DNA of 64,000 bases, taken from the IMG/VR virus record IMGVR_UViG_3300021560_000015, positions 12,954 to 76,953 of that record; one strand, written 5' to 3'. Shown here in pieces: positions 1-8,547 of the stretch (position 1 is the stretch's first letter; each line of letters starts with the position of its first letter). The translations under genes were made by a program, and so were the position numbers. Source of the stretch: a virus (taxonomy: Duplodnaviria > Caudoviricetes). Below the pieces are notes generated by a model. That model did no database searches. It worked only from the letters and a program-made list of their open reading frames with translations, and had not been told where the DNA came from.

Positions 1-162
1 GAGAAGGGCGCGAACATCGCCGACCAGCTGGAGCGGCACACCTCCACGGTGCTGGCCGGCGGCGCCGGGCTGTCCGCGATCAGCGGGTTCAACTCCGCAA
101 GGCTCTCGCGCAACTCGGCACTGCAGGAGCAACAGCAGCAGAAGGTAGGCGGCATCCGATGA
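1..162 (+). CDS. 3' end of hypothetical (probably virion-internal) protein, partial
   Basis: Frame 1 is open from base 1 (EKGANIADQLERHTSTVLAGGAGLSAISG...KVGGIR*). Its TGA at 160-162 overlaps the next ATG (ATGA). Gly/Ala hydrophobic segment resembles the downstream genes. Confidence 0.6.
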   Translation, partial: EKGANIADQLERHTSTVLAGGAGLSAISGFNSARLSRNSALQEQQQQKVGGIR

Positions 163-653
163 TCAGTGCGTTTGGCATCGACCACGGCAGTGTGATCCGC
201 AAGGACGACATCAGCGACCAGGCCAAGGTCGCGCTGGTGTCCGGGATGCGCAACTCAGGGATGGCGTTCCAGAACAAGGACGCCCGTAAGCAGTACCGGC
301 AGAACACCCGGATGGCCGCCCGTACTTTCCGCTCCGGTCCGTACAGCGCGGAGAACCGCAAGCGGATGGGCATTGGCGTGGGTGCCGGTACTGCAGCCGG
401 CGCGTTGCTTGGTGCGGGAGCTGGCGCGCTCATGCATGGCGGGATGGGCGCAGCGAAGGGCGCGAAGATCGGCGCGGCGGTCGGTGGTGTCTCCGGCGGT
501 GCCTCCGGCGCCGATGTCGCCTCCACGGTGAACTGGCAGAAGGCCTCAATGCGCGGACTGGACCGCAGCATCAAGCAGGGCGGGGTGCAGACCGGGGTGC
601 CGAAGGAGCAGATCAGCCGCTGGACCGCGACCCGGAGGCCTGATCAGTCGTGA
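159..653 (+). CDS. Glycine-zipper protein, putative virion-internal/ejection protein
   Basis: GIGVGAGTAAGALLGAGAGALMHGGMGAAKGAKIGAAVGGVSGGASG glycine zipper flanked by basic stretches; lies in the head module and is translationally coupled on both sides. Confidence 0.55.
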   Translation: MISAFGIDHGSVIRKDDISDQAKVALVSGMRNSGMAFQNKDARKQYRQNTRMAARTFRSGPYSAENRKRMGIGVGAGTAAGALLGAGAGALMHGGMGAAKGAKIGAAVGGVSGGASGADVASTVNWQKASMRGLDRSIKQGGVQTGVPKEQISRWTATRRPDQS

Positions 654-2749
654 CCAGCCCACAAGATGATCCGTGGTTCGGTTCCCAGCAGGAGCCGAAG
701 CACAAAGGGCTGCTCGGGGAGATGGAGAAGCACCCGGCGATCACCACCGGTGCGGCACTGGCCTCGGTGCCGGTCGGGATTCGCACGCACGGAGATGTGC
801 AGGCGATCCGCAGCATCGCCCACCTCAAGGATCCGGAGCGGGGCGCCAAGCTGGTTAGCGACCTGGCCCAGCACCGTTCCGAGGCGCTGCCGGGGATCGG
901 CGGTGGCAAAGGTGTTGCGGATGTGCTGCGCGGTCAGCGGGAGATCCACCAGGCGGCTAAGGCCGGCAACAGGGACATCGGAGCACTGCGGCCCACGGTG
1001 AACCGCTACTCGCGCACCTTCGAGCAGGCCGGAAAGATCAAGGCAGCCGGCAACAAGCCAGTGCATGGGTTCGGCGGTGCACTGGCGCATCCGATTCGTG
1101 CCGAGCGTGGCCTGCATGCCAGGGTGCTGGGCGGCCTGATCGACAACGCCAAAGAGGGTGAGCACCCGCACCTGTACCGCAGCCAGCACAACGTCGGCAC
1201 CCACCAAGTGGGCGACACCGTTGACTTCGGCCGCTTCTCCTCCTTCACCTCTGACAGGGCGATTGCGCAGCACACCGGCGCTGCGCACGAGGCGGCCAAG
1301 CTCATGCCTGGCAAGCCGACCACCCCGGAGGGCAGCAAGGGAGTCATCTATCACCTGCCGGCCGGCACAGGGAAGGCAGCGAACTTGTCCGGCGCCACCA
1401 ACCGGTTCGCACAGAACGAGTGGATGGCCGGCGGCAAGTACCAGGTGACCGATGTAAAGGGGAGTCACGTGTATCTCGGAGCACACCCGGACAGCGTCGG
1501 TAAGCGCTGGGAGAAGCAGGGCGGCGGCTGGACGAAGAAGGGCGCCCCTGCCGGCAAGGGCGGACACATCGAGGATCCCGGTCAGTACGAAGCGGTCAAG
1601 CGCGCGACTGGTAGCAAGCGGATCGCAGCAGCGGTGTCCAACACCCCGCACCAAGTGCACCGCAAGAACATCTTCAAGGCCTCGGTCTACAGCGCCAGCA
1701 GCCAGGGCGCGATCGCGCAGGAGCAGGCCAACGAGCGACAGCGGGCTCGCTCCCATGCGGTTGCTGCAGGGGCAGTAGGGAACCTGATCGGTACTGGCGC
1801 CTTTCTCGGCCACCAGCAGCTCAAGCACTCCGCGCTGCCCCAGGGAGCAGAGGCTGCTGCACGACGAGCCAAGCAGCTCGAGCACATCAAGCACGCCGGC
1901 TTCATCGGTACTGCCGGGGCACTGGGTGCCGCTGGTGCGTACGCCATGGCCGGCCGACACCACCGCAAGGAGGCACGGGCCGCCGCGCGCAACGTGGAGA
2001 ACTTGAAGCAGAACCCGCCGACGATCTTCCACTCACTCAGCAAGGCCAATGGCTTCGGCATCGACGAAGAGCTGGTGATGGCCTACCAGGCTCCGCTGGC
2101 CAAGGGCTACGGCCGCTCCTTCGAGCCGGCCAGTCTGCCACCGGGGACCAGTGGTGGTACATCGGGTGGGCGCAAGTCCGGACAGGACTATGCCCGCGAG
2201 ATGCAGAACCGCAATGCGCGCGAGCAGGCATATCGCCGGCGCCGTAACACTGCCAAGCCGCCCATGATCGGGGTGGGCAAGGCCTTCGATTCCGAGCGGC
2301 AGCGGCACCGGCGTCGAGCCGCGTATGAGGGTGCTGCCGCCGGCGGTTCAGTGAGTGCTGCCGCCGGAGCTGGCTATCTGGGCCACAAGGCACGCGGCAA
2401 GTTCGGCGAGGCGGGCGGCGAGCGGGCACAAGCTACGGAGTTGAGAGGGAGAGCAGAGGAATCTCTGCGCAGTCTCCCGCCGCGCAAGCGAGGTGCAGCG
2501 GCCACCCTGCCACCCAAGTGGCAGGACACCGCGCGGGCGGCATCGAGGGACCTGACTCGGGCGCATGCGCACCAGGCGAACGCCGTCAAACTGGCCGGCG
2601 AGGCGCGCAAATTCCGTGCCGGCGCGGTCGGTGCCGGTGTCGCTTCGGCCGGCGCAGCGTACGGCGCCTACAAGCTGCATCGGCAGGGCCAGAACCGTGG
2701 TCGCAGCTACGCCCAGGGACCAGCCAACCGGGTCTACGGCTACGCCTAA
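650..2749 (+). CDS. Multi-segment virion-associated protein with an R-S-E (VIP2/Alt-like) ADP-ribosyltransferase domain
   Basis: LYRS (1172-1183), FSSFTS (1235-1252) and QNE (1412-1420) occur in the order and spacing of R-S-E ARTs; several Gly/Ala hydrophobic segments; directly upstream of scaffold and capsid. Confidence 0.65.
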   Translation: MTSPQDDPWFGSQQEPKHKGLLGEMEKHPAITTGAALASVPVGIRTHGDVQAIRSIAHLKDPERGAKLVSDLAQHRSEALPGIGGGKGVADVLRGQREIHQAAKAGNRDIGALRPTVNRYSRTFEQAGKIKAAGNKPVHGFGGALAHPIRAERGLHARVLGGLIDNAKEGEHPHLYRSQHNVGTHQVGDTVDFGRFSSFTSDRAIAQHTGAAHEAAKLMPGKPTTPEGSKGVIYHLPAGTGKAANLSGATNRFAQNEWMAGGKYQVTDVKGSHVYLGAHPDSVGKRWEKQGGGWTKKGAPAGKGGHIEDPGQYEAVKRATGSKRIAAAVSNTPHQVHRKNIFKASVYSASSQGAIAQEQANERQRARSHAVAAGAVGNLIGTGAFLGHQQLKHSALPQGAEAAARRAKQLEHIKHAGFIGTAGALGAAGAYAMAGRHHRKEARAAARNVENLKQNPPTIFHSLSKANGFGIDEELVMAYQAPLAKGYGRSFEPASLPPGTSGGTSGGRKSGQDYAREMQNRNAREQAYRRRRNTAKPPMIGVGKAFDSERQRHRRRAAYEGAAAGGSVSAAAGAGYLGHKARGKFGEAGGERAQATELRGRAEESLRSLPPRKRGAAATLPPKWQDTARAASRDLTRAHAHQANAVKLAGEARKFRAGAVGAGVASAGAAYGAYKLHRQGQNRGRSYAQGPANRVYGYA

Positions 2750-2792
2750 GGACGAAATGCGGACCCCCTGATGATGAGGACAAGGAGGAACG

Positions 2793-3662
2793 ATGCCCCG
2801 CTACCGGCTCTCGGACATGGACTTCGACGAGGTCTCCACCGTCGACAAGCCGGCCAACCAGTACTCCCGCATCGTCCTCGCCAAGCGCTTCCAGGAGGAC
2901 GGAATGACAGAGCCTGAATACGAGGCGCCCGAGGAAATCTACGACGCCGACGGAGACCCGGTGGATATCGCCTCGCTGGATCCGGATCAACTGATCCAGG
3001 ACGACGAGGGCTTCTTCTGGCACAGCGACGGCGAACGTCTCGTCCCGGTCTGGGAGGACGAGCTGCAAGGCGAACCGGAGTATGCCGAAGTCGGTAAGTC
3101 TTCGGCATTCCTGGACAACGCCGGCTCGCCACCCACCTACACCCAGCAGGTGCTCGAGGGCCTGTCGGTCGAGCTGTCCAAGGCGCTCGACGATGAGCAG
3201 CGCACCCAGGTGGTGTCCAAGGCGGTACAGGGGCTGGTCGACGAGAACTACGCACTGTCCAAGCGGGTCGGCCAGTTCGAGGCAATCGCCAAGCGCGAGC
3301 GGGAGATCCGCCTGGAGCGCGAGTACATCGCCAAGGCCGACACCTACAACGTGCCGGTCGACCCCACCGTGCTCGGCCCGGTGCTGATGCGGATGGCCGA
3401 ACTGATGCCCTACGACGACTGCGCGGTCATCGACAAGGCGCTGACCGCCTCCGGTGAGATCTTCACCGAGCTCGGGATGGGCGGCGAGGCCGACATGAGC
3501 GATCCGTTCGCGCAGATCGAGGAGTACGTGGCCGACGCCGGCACACAGGTGGCCAAGCGGGACGGCCGGTCCGGGATCTCGAAGGAGCAGGCGACGGTCG
3601 AGTTCTTCAACGAGAACCCGGACGCCTACAACGAGTACCGGCGCGAGCAGGCGAGGAGCTGA
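2793..3662 (+). CDS. Capsid scaffolding protein with XkdF-like N-terminal motif
   Basis: SD AAGGAGG; N-terminal RLSDMDFDEVSTVDKPANQ motif; acidic, helical body; position immediately before cement and capsid genes. Confidence 0.7.
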   Translation: MPRYRLSDMDFDEVSTVDKPANQYSRIVLAKRFQEDGMTEPEYEAPEEIYDADGDPVDIASLDPDQLIQDDEGFFWHSDGERLVPVWEDELQGEPEYAEVGKSSAFLDNAGSPPTYTQQVLEGLSVELSKALDDEQRTQVVSKAVQGLVDENYALSKRVGQFEAIAKREREIRLEREYIAKADTYNVPVDPTVLGPVLMRMAELMPYDDCAVIDKALTASGEIFTELGMGGEADMSDPFAQIEEYVADAGTQVAKRDGRSGISKEQATVEFFNENPDAYNEYRREQARS

Positions 3663-3665
3663 GAG

Positions 3666-4082
3666 ATGCCAGCTTACGACGAGACCCTTCGCCGAATCAC
3701 GCTGCAGGCGGACTCGAGCATCGCTCTCTACACCGGCCCACCTGGGATCCCCGGTTCGACCAGCCCGAACTATGGCTTCCAGTTCCGCTTCGTCAAGATC
3801 ACTGGCGACCACACCGTTGGGCTGTGCACCGCGGCTGCGGACCCGATCGTCGGGGTACTGCAGAACAAGCCGCAGCGGGTGGGTGAGGCGGCCACTGTGG
3901 CGCTCGGTGGAGTGAGCCTGGTCAACGTGGCCGCAGCCTTGACCTTTGGCCAGCAGGTGGCGGCCAATGCCACCGGCCAAGGGATTCTCTGGACCACCGG
4001 AACCGTAGCGGGGCTGGTGGTGCGTGGCGCTGGAGGCGTCACAGGAGCCCTGGCCCCCGTGCTACTTCGGCTCGGGTCGTAG
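3666..4082 (+). CDS. Capsid cement/decoration protein (DUF2190-like)
   Basis: QFRFVKI...IVGVLQNKP...GEAATVA..GVS.V...AAL..GQ.VA...G.G pattern; 138 aa, just upstream of the capsid gene. Confidence 0.75.
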   Translation: MPAYDETLRRITLQADSSIALYTGPPGIPGSTSPNYGFQFRFVKITGDHTVGLCTAAADPIVGVLQNKPQRVGEAATVALGGVSLVNVAAALTFGQQVAANATGQGILWTTGTVAGLVVRGAGGVTGALAPVLLRLGS

Positions 4083-4094
4083 GAGGACTGACTC

Positions 4095-5099
4095 ATGCCA
4101 ATGACGCCCTACGCATCCGATCTCCACATCGACAGGCTGCTGAGCAATGTGTCAGTCGCCTATTTCATGGACCCGAACGACTTCATCGCGGACAAGATGT
4201 TCCCCGGTGTGCCGAGCGGTCCACGAAGCAACTTGTTCCGCAAGTACAGCAAGAGCGACTGGCGTCGCACCGATGCCGAGAAGCGGGCCCCCGGTACCGA
4301 GTCGGCCGGCATCAGCTGGAACGTGAACAACGACCGGTTCTTCGCCGAGGTGTATGCCGCGCACGTCGACATTGATGACCAGACCCGAGCGAACGCCAGC
4401 GAGGATCAGTGGAACCTGGACTCTGACGCCACCCGGCTGATCACCAACCACCTGCTCATCCAGAAGGATGTGCTCTGGGCTAACCAGTACTTCAAGACCG
4501 GTGTCTGGGGCCAGGAGTACCAGGGCGTTGCGTCCGCTCCGACCGGCACTCAATTCGTGCAGTGGAACGTAAGTACGTCGGACCCGCTGTCCAACTTCAG
4601 CAAGTGGCGCACCGCATTCCGGCTGTCCACCACCAAGCCGGTGTCCGTCATGCTGATGGGTGCCGATGTCTGGGTCGCGCTCGAGAACCACCCTGCGATT
4701 CTGGACCGGATCAAGTACACCCAGAAGGGCGTCGTCACCCAGGACCTGGTGGCCGGCTTCTTCGGGGTGCCGAAGCTGCTGGTGGCCTACAGCTCGCAGG
4801 GCACCGGTCCGAAGATTGCCGACGCAGCGGCACAGGATGCGGCAGCCACCTACAGCTGGACGATGGACTCCAAGTCGATCCTGTTCGGCTACGCACCGGA
4901 CCGCCCGTCCCAGTTCGAGCCGGCGATGGGCTACACCTTCAACTGGAAGGGCTATGGCGCGGGCAACCGGTCGGGGCTGACGATGAGCCAGTTCCGCCAG
5001 CAGCACCTCAAGAGCGACCGGATCGAGGGCGAGGCCGCCTACGACCTCAAGCTCGTGTCCGCCGACTGTGGAGTGTTCTGCACGGCAGCTGTCGCGTAG
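4095..5099 (+). CDS. Major capsid protein (lambda gpE-like, HK97 fold)
   Basis: SD AGGAGG; HIDRLLSNVSVAY...FIADKMFP.V and ILDRIKYTQKGVVT.DLVA.FFGV motifs; 334 aa; synteny. Confidence 0.88.
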   Translation: MPMTPYASDLHIDRLLSNVSVAYFMDPNDFIADKMFPGVPSGPRSNLFRKYSKSDWRRTDAEKRAPGTESAGISWNVNNDRFFAEVYAAHVDIDDQTRANASEDQWNLDSDATRLITNHLLIQKDVLWANQYFKTGVWGQEYQGVASAPTGTQFVQWNVSTSDPLSNFSKWRTAFRLSTTKPVSVMLMGADVWVALENHPAILDRIKYTQKGVVTQDLVAGFFGVPKLLVAYSSQGTGPKIADAAAQDAAATYSWTMDSKSILFGYAPDRPSQFEPAMGYTFNWKGYGAGNRSGLTMSQFRQQHLKSDRIEGEAAYDLKLVSADCGVFCTAAVA

Positions 5100-5104
5100 G
5101 CGCC

Positions 5105-5605
5105 ATGGCGACGGTCAAGACCTACGCCGCCAGCCGCCTGTTGGACATGGGCGGCGGGCGCATCCGCGAGCCCGGCTACCACCTACTGGGCTCCGGCGAG
5201 CACGATCGCGGCCAGCTGGTCCCCGAAGCGCACACCGTGTTGCGGCTGGACTCCATGCTGCATACCGGCTTCGTGGAAGAGGTTGAGGTCGACGAAGACG
5301 AGTTCCGCGCTGCGATCGCTGAGTACTGCCCCGAGCTTGAGGACGAGATCCTGGCCAAGGTTGGATTGGACAGGGAGGGCTCGGTGTTCGGCGGCACCGA
5401 GTCCGCCCCCTACCACCCCGAGGAGCCACCGGCCTCTACCGAGGAGCTGGCCAACACGATCCCGCCGGCACCAGGGGTCGAAGAAGAGGCGCCGGCCGTC
5501 GAGGCCCAGGCCATCGCGGACAACGTCTGCCCGGTGTGCGGCGAAGAGTTCAAGTCCGCCGCAGGGATGAAGAGTCACCGCACCCGTATGCACTCAGAGG
5601 GGTAG
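5105..5605 (+). CDS. Acidic hypothetical protein with C-terminal C2H2 zinc finger
   Basis: ATG at 5105 after the capsid stop; ends CPVCGEEFKSAAGMKSHRTRMH (C-x2-C-x12-H-x4-H). Confidence 0.75.
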   Translation: MATVKTYAASRLLDMGGGRIREPGYHLLGSGEHDRGQLVPEAHTVLRLDSMLHTGFVEEVEVDEDEFRAAIAEYCPELEDEILAKVGLDREGSVFGGTESAPYHPEEPPASTEELANTIPPAPGVEEEAPAVEAQAIADNVCPVCGEEFKSAAGMKSHRTRMHSEG

Positions 5606-5610
5606 CCATC

Positions 5611-6081
5611 ATGGTCTACTCCGGTGACCCCTCAGCGAGCCCCATTGACGCGGTGCGCTTCTGGCTCGGTGATACCGGCGATCCCTCGCTGCTGACCGAC
5701 GCCGAGATCCAGTACGAGATCGACACGGACACCGCCGCTGCCGGCGATCCGATCCTCGAGGCTGCGGCACTGTGCAGCATCCTGGTCGCGAAGTACTCCG
5801 GCTGGGTGTCCATCTCCGCCGATGGTGTCAGCTACTCCGGTGACCAGCTGGCCAACAAGTACAACGCCCTCGCTAGCCAGCTGCGCACCGAGCACGCGCA
5901 GCGGATGGTCTCCTCCGGCGCACCGATACTCGCTGCTGATGATTACCCCTACACCATCCCGCGCAACTTCCGGATGGGCATGTATGACAACCTGCAGGCC
6001 GGCGTCCAGGGACCGCTGCCGATCAACCGGCTGGAGTGGCCGGAAGAGGAAGACCCCTCCAACTACAACCCGACACCATGA
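5611..6081 (+). CDS. Head-to-tail adaptor
   Basis: SGDPS.SPIDAVRFWLGDT...LLTDAEIQY motif typical of adaptors; synteny. Confidence 0.75.
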   Translation: MVYSGDPSASPIDAVRFWLGDTGDPSLLTDAEIQYEIDTDTAAAGDPILEAAALCSILVAKYSGWVSISADGVSYSGDQLANKYNALASQLRTEHAQRMVSSGAPILAADDYPYTIPRNFRMGMYDNLQAGVQGPLPINRLEWPEEEDPSNYNPTP

Positions 6082-6515
6082 CTACTTCGACCAACCTCGA
6101 TGCCATCCGGGCGCACGTGCGCGCCTACGTCGCGTCCAACATGCTCGATGCGGTGTCCATCACCCGACCGGACCAGCCAAGCATGGTGCTGGACCCGGCG
6201 ACCGGTCAGCTCCATGCTCCGCCGGCCACCGTGATCTACGCCGGCAAGGCCCGAGTACACAAAGCCAGCAGTACTGGCAACGCCGGCACCGGGGGCGGCA
6301 ACATCGCTCAGCGCGAGGTCGTCATTAGCACCCCGTGGGACAGCCCAGAGGCGCAGGTCGACGATCTCGTGGAGATCACCGTGCAGGGCGATGCGGCGCT
6401 GGTTGAGACCTGGTGGCGGGTGATCGGGGTGTCCACCGGCGGCATCTTCGTCGAGGCCAATACCTATACCTGCAACGCCTGGGACAAGAGCTCCTACTGG
6501 AGCGGCAATGGCTAG
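6078..6515 (+). CDS. Head-to-tail stopper (DUF6093-like)
   Basis: MLDAVSITRP...DPATG...TVIYAGKARV...DDLVEIT pattern; ATGA-type coupling to the adaptor. Confidence 0.7.
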   Translation: MTTSTNLDAIRAHVRAYVASNMLDAVSITRPDQPSMVLDPATGQLHAPPATVIYAGKARVHKASSTGNAGTGGGNIAQREVVISTPWDSPEAQVDDLVEITVQGDAALVETWWRVIGVSTGGIFVEANTYTCNAWDKSSYWSGNG

Positions 6516-6774
6516 CCTCCAGGATGTCGTTGACGACCTCGGTTACGCCGCCGGCGCCGGGGCCGAGCACCTGGGCGCTATGGTCACTGAGGACGCCCGT
6601 GTCCTCGCGGAGATGGGGCGCCCCGGACCTGGGCTCCATCAAGCGGCGGCGCTGGCGGGGCGCAGCTCCCCGGCCAGCGCCAGCCAGAGCTTCGTGCCGC
6701 CCGCCGTACTGGCCCACCGGATGGCTGTCGAGGCTGCACAAGGCGGCGCAGAGCTGGCGGTGGGGAAGCGATGA
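6508..6774 (+). CDS. Small neck/tail-completion protein
   Basis: Position between stopper and terminator; overlaps both neighbours. Confidence 0.45.
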   Translation: MASLQDVVDDLGYAAGAGAEHLGAMVTEDARVLAEMGRPGPGLHQAAALAGRSSPASASQSFVPPAVLAHRMAVEAAQGGAELAVGKR

Positions 6775-7217
6775 CCGCCCCTGCCATTGCCCGCTCGCCG
6801 GTCACCGCTGCGGTGGTCGCTGCGTTGGGGGCCACCGGTAAGCCGGTCGGGGATGGCGTTCTGCCCGACGCCTCCTGGATCGGTCAGCCGATGGCCCCCG
6901 GCTCGGTCTTCGAGCCGTTCACCGTGGCCAGCGCGTTAATGGCCGGCACCAGCTGGGGACCGATGTCGGAGTGGCAAGCCGACTGGCAGCTGCCCTACAT
7001 GGTGGAGAACTTCGGGTTGTCCCGCGAGCAGTGCGAGTGGATGACCGAGAAGTCCCGCGCCGCGATGCTCGCGATGATCGGCAGTTCGATCGGCGGCTAC
7101 GTGATCGGGTTCGTCCACCTGGACTCGATCGGCACGCCGAACCGGATCGACACGTTCCAACCGCCCTTCTACCACCAGCAGGACGGCTACACCCTGTGGA
7201 CCTTCAAGGAGGCCTGA
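6771..7217 (+). CDS. Tail terminator protein
   Basis: 148 aa; Y.VENFGLSREQCEWM.EK.R pattern; position upstream of the tail tube genes. Confidence 0.65.
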   Translation: MTAPAIARSPVTAAVVAALGATGKPVGDGVLPDASWIGQPMAPGSVFEPFTVASALMAGTSWGPMSEWQADWQLPYMVENFGLSREQCEWMTEKSRAAMLAMIGSSIGGYVIGFVHLDSIGTPNRIDTFQPPFYHQQDGYTLWTFKEA

Positions 7218-7218
7218 G

Positions 7219-7437
7219 ATGACTCAGTACGTAGTGATCGAGAAGGACGGCATCCAGGCGGAGGTGCTCAAGGAGGCCGCCGACGACGTGTGGGTGCCGG
7301 TGATGGGCTGGTCCATCGTGGGCGAGCCTACCGATGCCCCCACCAAGGATCCGTGGGCACCGGCCGAATCGGCCGAGTCCGCGCCCGAGGAGGCAGCGCC
7401 AGCAGAGCCAGCAGCCCCCGAAGCGCCTGCGTCGTAG
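7219..7437 (+). CDS. Small acidic hypothetical protein
   Basis: SD AAGGAGG; 72 aa with an E/A/P-rich tail. Confidence 0.6.
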   Translation: MTQYVVIEKDGIQAEVLKEAADDVWVPVMGWSIVGEPTDAPTKDPWAPAESAESAPEEAAPAEPAAPEAPAS

Positions 7438-7517
7438 GGCCCCTAGGACGGAGTGCAGACCCCCCGAGAATCAAATCAGGGGACCGGACCGGTTCCTGAC
7501 TGAGGCGGTGTAAGGCA

Positions 7518-7991
7518 ATGGCTCGCTACATCCCTAACCAGCACAGCTGGTTCGGCTTCGTCACCACCATGACCGGCACGCCGACCGTCCCGAAGGCAAC
7601 GGACCTGGGCACCGCAGTGGTGCTGACCTCGCTGATCACCGGGCTGACTGCGAGCTCGGCCGGCCAGGCGGTGCCTACCCCGGACTTCTCGAATCTGTTC
7701 GAGACCAGCATCAGCGGCACGGTGCAAGCGACCTTCCAGATCGACGGTTATCGCGATGACGTGGGCGCCAGCGATCTGTTGTGGAGCACGCTTCCGCGTG
7801 GCACCAGCGGCTTCTTCTTCGTTGCGCTCAAGCCCGCCGGCCCCACTCCGGTCGTCGGCGACAAGGTGGACTGCTGGCCGATCCAGGTGCTCTCCCGGAC
7901 CGTGCCGAACTACACCTCTGGGCAGGTGGTGGCCTGTCAGATCACCGCTGCCGTTCCCCAAGTCCCCGGCGAGAACGTGGCGCTGACCTGA
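7518..7991 (+). CDS. Major tail (tube) protein, copy 1
   Basis: PTPDFSNLFETSISGT...DKVDCWPIQV motifs of actinophage tube proteins; position before the chaperone and tape measure. Confidence 0.85.
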   Translation: MARYIPNQHSWFGFVTTMTGTPTVPKATDLGTAVVLTSLITGLTASSAGQAVPTPDFSNLFETSISGTVQATFQIDGYRDDVGASDLLWSTLPRGTSGFFFVALKPAGPTPVVGDKVDCWPIQVLSRTVPNYTSGQVVACQITAAVPQVPGENVALT

Positions 7992-8007
7992 GCGAGGCGG
8001 TGTAGAG

Positions 8008-8484
8008 ATGGCACGGTATATCCCCAACCAGCACAGCTGGTTTGGCTTTGCTGCCACATTGACGGGCACGGTGCTTGCTCCCAAGGTCGCTGACTTCACC
8101 GGTGCGATAGTGCTCACCCCACTGATCACCGGCCTCACTGCCTCCAGCGCCGGCCAGGCTGTCCCCACTCCGGACTTCTCCAACCTTTTCGAGACCTCCA
8201 TCTCGGGCACCGTGCAGGCCACCTTCCAGATCGACGGATACCGCGACGATGTCCCAGGCAATGACTTGCTCTGGTCGACCTTGCCGCGCGGCACCTCCGG
8301 GTACTTCTTCGTGGCGCTGAAGAGCGGTGGAGCTGTCCCGATCGCCACCGACAAGGTCGACGTATGGCCCATCCAGGTGCTGTCTAGGACGGTGCCGAAC
8401 TACACCTCCGGCCAGGTCGTGGCCTGTCAGATCACTGCTGCAGTGCCGCAGGTACCGGGCGAGAACGTGGCGGTCGTTCCGTAG
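8008..8484 (+). CDS. Major tail (tube) protein, copy 2
   Basis: About 83% aa identical to copy 1 (27 differences over 157 positions, manual alignment); same GAGGCGGTGTA upstream element. Confidence 0.85.
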   Translation: MARYIPNQHSWFGFAATLTGTVLAPKVADFTGAIVLTPLITGLTASSAGQAVPTPDFSNLFETSISGTVQATFQIDGYRDDVPGNDLLWSTLPRGTSGYFFVALKSGGAVPIATDKVDVWPIQVLSRTVPNYTSGQVVACQITAAVPQVPGENVAVVP

Positions 8485-8547
8485 CGCCCACTTCTCCGTA
8501 GATGGAGGTTGCCCTAGTGTGGTGCCGTGCCTCCACGGAGGAGAGCG

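Noticed and set aside
2750-2785. GGACGAAA...CTGATGA resembling a hammerhead ribozyme core upstream of the scaffold gene
   Set aside because: Only 10 nt separate GAAA and CTGATGA, too few for stems III and I, and no GTCC follows CTGATGA to form stem II.
2793-3662. Capsid maturation protease
   Set aside because: Only the short EVSxVDKPAN motif is present; there is no catalytic His/Ser domain, and the rest looks like scaffold.
644-3980. Long antisense ORFs (644-2032, 2586-3980) and many similar shadow ORFs across the window
   Set aside because: They are expected opposite high-GC coding frames and have no SD, motifs or operon context.
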